Below are positions 35,310-40,942 of a stretch of 40,942 bases of DNA, piece by piece; the first letter of the stretch is position 1, and each line of letters begins with the position of its first letter. The notes beneath the pieces are model-generated. The model worked only from the letters and a program-made list of their open reading frames with translations, ran no database searches and was not told where the DNA came from. The DNA lies in the IMG/VR virus record IMGVR_UViG_3300037510_000114, positions 1 to 40,942 of that record; one strand, 5' to 3'. Position numbers and translations under genes: made by a program. Source of the stretch: a virus. Taxonomy: Duplodnaviria > Caudoviricetes.

Positions 35310-35323
35310 CAGGCTCTAGTGTG
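35310..35323 (-). promoter_or_regulatory. 14-bp motif CACACTAGAGCCTG, copy 1 (candidate late promoter/operator)
   Basis: Identical to 38361-38374. Both copies are intergenic and have ATCCTGA upstream. Confidence 0.55.
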
Positions 35324-35356
35324 CTGGACCTTTTTCAGGATGGCTGACGAAACTCC

Positions 35357-35545
35357 CTACGTGCGACGGAACAGGACGCGTTCTCGGTAGTCCGCCACGT
35401 ATTCGTTCACCGCCTCACGAATCACTTTCGCGGCAGGGACTCGGTTGTCACGCGCCACGCGATTCAGATCGGCGCGCTCGGATGGCGTCAGACGCACCGA
35501 AATGCGCGAGCTGGCCGGTTCATCGACCCGTGCAGGTCTCGGCAT
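35357..35545 (-). CDS. ribbon-helix-helix (CopG-like) DNA-binding protein
   Basis: GGAG RBS and ATG 35545. RISVRLTPSERADL..VA......A.VIREAV.EY. Confidence 0.8.
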   Translation of the reverse strand: MPRPARVDEPASSRISVRLTPSERADLNRVARDNRVPAAKVIREAVNEYVADYRERVLFRRT

Positions 35546-36572
35546 CGGACTGCTCCCATTCGCTGAGATAGGCTGAGGCGAGGTCGTCGTACCCATCATC
35601 TGCCGCAACATCGACTGGTGCGGGCGGTGCCGGCTCCTGCTGCGGTTCCGGCTCTGGCTCTGGATCTTTCTCCATTGAGAGGCGCATCGGTTCGTCCTCG
35701 GCCTTCTTAGCGCCAGGCGCCTTCCACTTCCCGCTCGCGACCCGATCTAGCGTGTCGCTGAACGTCCCGATCCGATCGACCATGCCGGCCGCGAGGGCAT
35801 CCGGCGCCGTCAGCATGCGACCCTGGCCGAATCCGGCCCTGACGTCCTTGACGGACACGCCACGGCCTTTTGCCACGTCCGCGAGAAAGCCGCCGTAATA
35901 GTGATCGACCGTCGCCTGAAGCGCCGCCGCGGCTTCATCGCTCAGCGGTTCGTAGGGATTCCCCTCGGTCTTGTACTTCCCCTGCGAAATAAACGTAACC
36001 TTGATCCCCTGATCTTCCAGGGCTTGGCTCATGTCCACATGCATCATGAACACGCCGATGCTGCCGGCTTCACCCGATGGCGTGATAGAGAACTCAGTCC
36101 CCTGCGCGCCGATGTAATAGGCCGCGCTCGCCGCCATCGGATCCGCGATCGTGATCACCGGCTTGGACGCCCGCACCGCCCGCATCTGCTGCGCCAGCTC
36201 CATCAGCCCATAGACCGAGCCGCCCGGCGAATCGATCGGCATGAGGATCGCGGTGACGTTCGGATCCGCCGCGGCTCGTTTCAACTGGCCGGCAATGGAC
36301 GACACCGAGGCCCCGCCGAACATCTCACTGAACCAATCCGCGCGATACGACACCGGCCCGATCACGGGGATGACCGCCACGGAGGAGACTGGCTGCTGCT
36401 GCGCCGCCATGACGGCCGCCTCCGGACTCGGCTGGTCCGGCAAGGTCTCTCGAATCGCCTCCCTCGGTGCGCCGTCGAGGAACAGGCGTGTCGCGGCCTC
36501 GAGGAACGGCTTCCAACTCGGCGGGAGAGCCCAGCAGCTATCAGGCTGCGTCAGCGTTCTCGGTGCATGCAT
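35520..36572 (-). CDS. prohead protease, S49 (SppA-like) family
   Basis: AGGAG RBS and ATG 36572. VAVIPVIG, IDSPGGSV, AASAAYYI, AGSIGV, GKYKTEGNP. Confidence 0.93.
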   Translation of the reverse strand: MHAPRTLTQPDSCWALPPSWKPFLEAATRLFLDGAPREAIRETLPDQPSPEAAVMAAQQQPVSSVAVIPVIGPVSYRADWFSEMFGGASVSSIAGQLKRAAADPNVTAILMPIDSPGGSVYGLMELAQQMRAVRASKPVITIADPMAASAAYYIGAQGTEFSITPSGEAGSIGVFMMHVDMSQALEDQGIKVTFISQGKYKTEGNPYEPLSDEAAAALQATVDHYYGGFLADVAKGRGVSVKDVRAGFGQGRMLTAPDALAAGMVDRIGTFSDTLDRVASGKWKAPGAKKAEDEPMRLSMEKDPEPEPEPQQEPAPPAPVDVAADDGYDDLASAYLSEWEQSDAETCTGR

Positions 36573-38112
36573 CGTCGTACTCCTGCAAGGCCAACGTGAC
36601 GAGCGCGTCACGGTGGACCTGCGTGTGCTCCGTCCAGGGATAGCTTTTGGCGAGCCGCTCGGCACAATAGGCCGCGGCAACTAGCGTCGGCAGGGCCAGC
36701 GCTTCCGCCACGAACGTCGCGTGCTCAGCGTAGAAGGCCTCCGCCCACGCCTGATAGGCTTTGGGCTCCTTCGCGTATTTCTGCTGCGCCTTCGAGACGG
36801 CGCCAGCTTCGCGACGTAACACCCGGTCCACGGCCGCACGGGCCAATGAGGCGCCGCGCTGCTGCTTAGATGGCGGCTGCTGGGTCACCTGCTCCTGTCC
36901 CGCCGGCGGCGGATTGCCGGTGCCCATGTTCAATGGAACAAGCGGTTCGTCCAGCCCGTCGAGCGGGTTCAAGTTCTCTTTGATGCGGGCTTCGTTCCGC
37001 GTCATCCAGCCGTTCGTGATGGCCGAGGCGTAGAAGTCTTTCCGCGCTGTCGAGTCCCCGCGCATCAGCGCGTCCATCAAGAACTCGGCGAAATAGGTAT
37101 CATCCGCCACGATCAGATCGCGGGAGATGGCCTGCTCGATCCGCACCGCCCAGGGTCGTAGCGTGTGGATCACCAACTCGATGTCGAAGGCCTCCACGCT
37201 GGCGTAGGTCTGAGCTTGCTTGTTCGAGCGCAGGAGATGGACCGGGACGTTGAACCAGCGCGCCACTTCCTCGATCCCGAACTCCATCGTCTCGATTAAT
37301 TGGGTATCTTGGACGTTGAACCCGATGTTCTGCCATTTCATGCCCTCTTCGAGGACCATGATGCCGTGCGGGTTCGCCATCTGCGACTCAATCGACTGCT
37401 TCAGGTTGACCGCGGCATTCCCCTTCAGTTCCTTGGGATGCTCCACGATGCCGGCCACCGTGGCCCCCTTGCGGAAGAACGAGGCGCCATAGTCACTGGC
37501 GGCTTTCGACAGCCCGAATGAGTCGATCGCATGGTCGGCGAGGATCAAGCCCGTGATGCCGTCACTCGTCAGCCCGCGGATGTGGAAGACCTCGTCCTGG
37601 GTCAACACCACCGGAGGCTGACCGGGTGGCGTCCAGGTATACCGGAGCCGAAGGCCTCGCGGTGTCTCGATCGATTCCACCTTCATCCGATCGGGATGCC
37701 TCGGCAGTAGCTGATCGACTGCGCCTCGAGCGCCAGGAATGATCTGCGCGTAGGCGTTCCCGCGCAGCACGACGTGGCCCATCATCATTTCCCAGAACTC
37801 GATCGCCGTCTGCCAGGAGTTCGGGTACCGTTTCAGGAGCGTATAGAGCGGATGCGTCTTCGCGCGTTCCTTGCCGCCGTTGTCCAGCTGTTTGTAGACG
37901 ATGCAGGGGAGTGCCGCGATACCCTCAACGAGGATCCGCACGGCCGCCCACACCGCCGACAACCGCAAGGCCGCATCGGCGCTCATGCGTACGCCACTGG
38001 TGGATACGCTGAAGCGCCCGTCCAGTGTGCCGTCGTACCAGACGTCCGCATCGTCCGGTGGGCGTTGACGCGGGGCTTCGGCCTGCGTACGGATGCGGGT
38101 GAACAGGCCCAC
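36541..38112 (-). CDS. portal protein, HK97 family
   Basis: ALRLSAVWAAV, HPLY.LL..PN, LRGNAYA, EVFHIRG, VLEEGMKW, IARWF-like VARWFNVP, GWMTRNEAR..ENL.P. Confidence 0.95.
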   Translation of the reverse strand: MGLFTRIRTQAEAPRQRPPDDADVWYDGTLDGRFSVSTSGVRMSADAALRLSAVWAAVRILVEGIAALPCIVYKQLDNGGKERAKTHPLYTLLKRYPNSWQTAIEFWEMMMGHVVLRGNAYAQIIPGARGAVDQLLPRHPDRMKVESIETPRGLRLRYTWTPPGQPPVVLTQDEVFHIRGLTSDGITGLILADHAIDSFGLSKAASDYGASFFRKGATVAGIVEHPKELKGNAAVNLKQSIESQMANPHGIMVLEEGMKWQNIGFNVQDTQLIETMEFGIEEVARWFNVPVHLLRSNKQAQTYASVEAFDIELVIHTLRPWAVRIEQAISRDLIVADDTYFAEFLMDALMRGDSTARKDFYASAITNGWMTRNEARIKENLNPLDGLDEPLVPLNMGTGNPPPAGQEQVTQQPPSKQQRGASLARAAVDRVLRREAGAVSKAQQKYAKEPKAYQAWAEAFYAEHATFVAEALALPTLVAAAYCAERLAKSYPWTEHTQVHRDALVTLALQEYDDACTENADAA

Positions 38113-38336
38113 TAGCGCGTCACCTCACGAGAAGGCGGCCGGGGCCCAGGCCACGTCGCAGAGATGAACAGCAAGCCACCAGGCACGATAAGTCCCAGCG
38201 AGGGCGTGACCCACCAGCAGCCAATGCCGATCATGACGAGGGCCAGGATGATGACGCAGTCCTGCAAGTCGATGACAGATCCACACGCCGCCCAGTAAGC
38301 GGCCATCGCGGACCGCAGGGCGCGTACGATGGTCAT
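38112..38336 (-). CDS. small membrane protein between terminase and portal
   Basis: VIILALVMIGIGCWWV..LGLIVPGGLLFI. Stop overlaps the portal GTG. Confidence 0.65.
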   Translation of the reverse strand: MTIVRALRSAMAAYWAACGSVIDLQDCVIILALVMIGIGCWWVTPSLGLIVPGGLLFISATWPGPRPPSREVTR

Positions 38337-38360
38337 GAGGGATGTAGAGAACGAACGTTC

Positions 38361-38374
38361 CAGGCTCTAGTGTG
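38361..38374 (-). promoter_or_regulatory. 14-bp motif CACACTAGAGCCTG, copy 2
   Basis: Identical to 35310-35323 and 24 nt upstream of the ATG at 38336. Confidence 0.55.
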
Positions 38375-38410
38375 GCAGGAATTAGACGGTCAGGATAGCC
38401 GCAAGCGGTT

Positions 38411-38428
38411 GAATGTCCTGAATGTCCT
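38411..38428. repeat. tandem 9-bp direct repeat GAATGTCCT x2
   Basis: Copies at 38411-19 and 38420-28, running into the parS-like palindrome. Confidence 0.7.
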
Positions 38429-38443
38429 GTTTCACGTGAAACT
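38428..38443. promoter_or_regulatory. parS: parS-like palindrome TGTTTCACGTGAAACT
   Basis: Perfect 14-bp palindrome GTTTCACGTGAAAC (38429-42), 15/16 identical to the chromosomal parS consensus TGTTTCACGTGAAACA. Confidence 0.7.
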
Positions 38444-38672
38444 ATGCCGCGATGTTCAGGAGTTTGAAGACGTACCGCTTCGCCTCTACCCATTCAATTC
38501 GACGATGCGCGCGTTGACTGCGGCGAGTGGCCTTTAAGTGTCCGCACTCGACATCGCGCTGAATCGTGCGCAGAGAGAGACCGGTGAGCCTTGCGATGTC
38601 GCCAGTCGTGATCGCCGGCCCTTCTTCACAGGTAAGGTCGATCGTGCGATGTCGTTTTCTGGCCATCATCAC
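38442..38672 (-). CDS. excisionase/MerR-like (HTH_17) DNA-binding protein
   Basis: ITTGDIARLTGLSLRTIQRDVECGHLKA.R...HRRI. AGGAG overlaps the terL stop, so the true start may be ATG 38666. Confidence 0.8.
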   Translation of the reverse strand: MMMARKRHRTIDLTCEEGPAITTGDIARLTGLSLRTIQRDVECGHLKATRRSQRAHRRIEWVEAKRYVFKLLNIAA

Positions 38673-38674
38673 TC

Positions 38675-40468
38675 CTACAATGTGAGAATTCCGCGGCGTT
38701 CATAGACAGAACCACCATCGTCTGTCTTGACAAGCCACCGATCGATCGCGATGACGAGTGCCATGATTCCGTCGATCTTCTCGCCGGACTCGTCCTTGTC
38801 TAAGCGGAGCTGACCATCTCTTCCGTGTCGAGCTTCGGCGTTGCCGGCCATCCAGGACAAGATGCCGTCGCCGCCATGACATAGCCGCGCATCGGTTACC
38901 AGTTCAAGCAGGCGACGAATCGCCGCGGTGAAATAGAACCCCTGCGGCGTATCCGTCATCTTGATCCCGGCGCCCTGGAGGTTCTGCGCCATCTGCTCGG
39001 CGAATCGCTTGTCATAGCCCACCTCGCGCACGCCCCACTCGCGACAGTCGTCTTCGATCGCCTGTTGCACAAGCCCATACTCGGTCGTGTTGCCTTCCGT
39101 GACCTCAAGCAGGCCGTTCCGGCGCCAGACGTCATACGGTCGGTTGGGATACCGCTCGAGCGCTAGCTTCGGCACCCAGAAGCGCGGACGCACCGCCAGG
39201 CGCCCATCCTCAAGCTCCCAGATACGCACCCACGCGGAGAAGTCGTCGCTCTGCCCGAGGTCGATCCCGCCGTAGCAGGGCCGGCCGCGAAGCTGTGCGT
39301 CAGGAATCGCCTCGCTACAGGCCGCCCATTCCGTCGTGGGAATCAGACGCACGTTCTGCGCCGTCCACACACAGAAGTTCAAGCGCAGCACCGTGTTCAT
39401 CTCTGCGGGCTTGTTCGTCGCGTTCTGGACCTGCCGAGCGAGGTACTCCTCGGTCACCGAGACGCCGAGCAGGGGATTAGTCTTGATCCAGCAGGATCGA
39501 TCCGTCAGCGGGTTGTCGCCCTCATCCAAGTTGCAGATGTAGACGAACAGCCGATCATCTTCGACCTGCCCCTCCAGCACGAGCCGACCGTGCTCGTGAT
39601 GCTGCCAACAGATGGTCGTGCGATCGAAACCGCTGTTGGTGATCTCGCCAAAGAACGGCTGCGGGCGCCGCTTCGCGCCGGCTTGGATCTTGAGAATGAT
39701 CTCGCCGGTCTGATGCTCATGGACCTCATCGATCAAGCCCATGTGCGGGCGCGGTCCGGAACGCGTGCCCTCATCGCGTGAGAACGGTCTGAAAAACGAA
39801 TCCGTCTCGGGATCGGCGATGTTGTTGACCGTCCGCCGCAGCCTCGCCCGCAGTTCCGGCGAACAATCGACAATGCGCTCGGCATCGCGGAACAGAATTT
39901 TCGCCTGGTCTTTTGTGACAGCTGCTGCGTATATTTCCGCGGCTTGTTCCTCATCCTCGGTCATCCCGTAGAGGCCGAATCCCGCGAACAAGGGCGTCTT
40001 TCCATTGCCCTTGCCCATCTCGATGTAGCCCTCACGGAATTTCCGCCAGCGATCCTCGCCCTTCCAGCCAAAGATGTTGCCAGCAATGAAATCTTGGGCC
40101 GGCTGCAGCAAGAACGGCAGGTGATCGCCGTCCTCGTCCTTCATGTCGGGCAGACGTAGCGTCGTTTCGAAGTATCCGATGATGAAGTCGGCCGCGCCCT
40201 CGTCGAACCACCAACCGCGAGGATGTTTCGACTTGCCGTACGCCAGCTCGCGATCGCGCAGATGCCGCTGACACGCCAGCCGCACGAGTGGACCAGCGAC
40301 GATCCGTTCGCCCGCGGCGTCATCACCGAGCACACGACGAGCGTACAGGTCCGTCCGATGCCCGAATGGCGACCACTCAGACCGCCCGGAGCGAGCGCTG
40401 CGCCGAGCGCGCGGCTCTGAGCTTCTCGAGCGGGGTCGGTTCCTTCTTTGTGCCGTCGCTGTTGCCAC
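38675..40468 (-). CDS. terL: terminase large subunit
   Basis: LQPAQDFI, Walker A MGKGNGKT, Walker B GLIDEVHE, W.KTNP.LG, nuclease GGIDLG and KIDGIMA. Confidence 0.96.
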   Translation of the reverse strand: MATATAQRRNRPRSRSSEPRARRSARSGRSEWSPFGHRTDLYARRVLGDDAAGERIVAGPLVRLACQRHLRDRELAYGKSKHPRGWWFDEGAADFIIGYFETTLRLPDMKDEDGDHLPFLLQPAQDFIAGNIFGWKGEDRWRKFREGYIEMGKGNGKTPLFAGFGLYGMTEDEEQAAEIYAAAVTKDQAKILFRDAERIVDCSPELRARLRRTVNNIADPETDSFFRPFSRDEGTRSGPRPHMGLIDEVHEHQTGEIILKIQAGAKRRPQPFFGEITNSGFDRTTICWQHHEHGRLVLEGQVEDDRLFVYICNLDEGDNPLTDRSCWIKTNPLLGVSVTEEYLARQVQNATNKPAEMNTVLRLNFCVWTAQNVRLIPTTEWAACSEAIPDAQLRGRPCYGGIDLGQSDDFSAWVRIWELEDGRLAVRPRFWVPKLALERYPNRPYDVWRRNGLLEVTEGNTTEYGLVQQAIEDDCREWGVREVGYDKRFAEQMAQNLQGAGIKMTDTPQGFYFTAAIRRLLELVTDARLCHGGDGILSWMAGNAEARHGRDGQLRLDKDESGEKIDGIMALVIAIDRWLVKTDDGGSVYERRGILTL

Positions 40469-40892
40469 CCTTGGCCCTCGATCGTGATGTCTGCGTGATC
40501 CCCAGCTCGGCGCACGCCTTCCGGTATGCGTCCCACGCCAGCCGCGCCTGCTGATGTGCGGGATGCGGCTTCTCCTCGGTCGCCGTATTGCCGTCCGGCA
40601 GCGGTTTCTCGACTTCCTTCATCAACGCCGTGTCATCCGACAGCCGTTGCCACCGCACCGCCATCGCGTAGAGGTTCGCGGCGTTCTCTATCTGCTGCCC
40701 ATCCGACTTGTGGAGGCGATCTTCCTCACGCAGGATGCCCGCGATGATGTCCCACTGCGCCGACGCGAGCTCTGAGAGGTGCCCAGGCTTCACTGGCTCC
40801 CCAGAAACAGGCGTCGGCTGCTTGTGGTGGTAGGGCCTCGACTTACTGCCGTCCACCACGCGCTGCGCCTCCGTCTTTGGTCGTCTACCCAT
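40377..40892 (-). CDS. terS: terminase small subunit, P27 family
   Basis: MGRRPK, P.HLSELA..QW, KPHPA, ELGITQTSRSR, directly upstream of terL. Confidence 0.9.
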   Translation of the reverse strand: MGRRPKTEAQRVVDGSKSRPYHHKQPTPVSGEPVKPGHLSELASAQWDIIAGILREEDRLHKSDGQQIENAANLYAMAVRWQRLSDDTALMKEVEKPLPDGNTATEEKPHPAHQQARLAWDAYRKACAELGITQTSRSRAKGGNSDGTKKEPTPLEKLRAARSAQRSLRAV

Positions 40893-40942
40893 GGTAATTT
40901 CCCACTAACCGAATGTCCGTTTCGGCCCGTTGCGAACTTGGG

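Larger units (their letters stand above)
1600..40892 (-). mobile_element. HK97-like tailed phage/prophage late (morphogenesis and lysis) region
   Basis: Co-oriented terS-terL-portal-protease-capsid-connectors-tail tube-chaperone-tape measure-tail tip-lysis gene order. No integrase or att site is visible, so prophage versus free phage cannot be decided. Confidence 0.95.

Noticed and set aside
35290-35356. Possible hammerhead ribozyme (CTGACGA and GAAA present)
   Set aside because: Stem II cannot be formed next to the core motifs and there is no correctly placed UH cleavage site.
2221-40775. Many long plus-strand ORFs in the track (e.g. 15437-16945, 21913-23340, 25286-26509, 27905-29086, 33920-35167)
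   Set aside because: They are antisense shadows of well-supported minus-strand genes in GC-rich DNA, with Arg-rich or motif-free translations.
40911-40918. GAATGTCC upstream of terS matching the 38411 repeat; possible cos or operator site
   Set aside because: The 8-mer also occurs inside coding regions (near 3521 and 12990), and the window ends before any cos site can be assessed.

Overview
This GC-rich window is the late (virion morphogenesis) region of an HK97-like long-tailed phage or prophage. It is almost all on the minus strand, in the order terS, terL, portal, S49 prohead protease, major capsid, head-tail connectors, tail tube, tail chaperone (with a -1 frameshift), tape measure and tail-tip genes. 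These are followed by a lysis block and about 15 kb of accessory or virion-associated genes. A few small plus-strand genes (1-1590) converge on this operon, and a plus-strand HNH endonuclease is inserted at 9375-10139. Notable points: (1) two separate glycosyltransferase + SAM methyltransferase cassettes, one between the tail terminator and tail tube genes and one translationally coupled to a 780-aa Ser-Asp repeat protein, suggesting a phage-encoded virion glycosylation system; (2) a 15/16 match to the bacterial parS consensus between terL and portal; (3) a stand-alone CheY-like receiver inside the lysis cassette; (4) several tail-region genes with Sec-type signal peptides; (5) three long intergenic RNA hairpins and an exact 14-bp motif repeated upstream of the portal and capsid units. 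No integrase, rRNA, tRNA or CRISPR array was seen. All functions are assigned from motifs and gene order read by eye, with no database searches, and several start codons were reassigned using RBS and overlap evidence.
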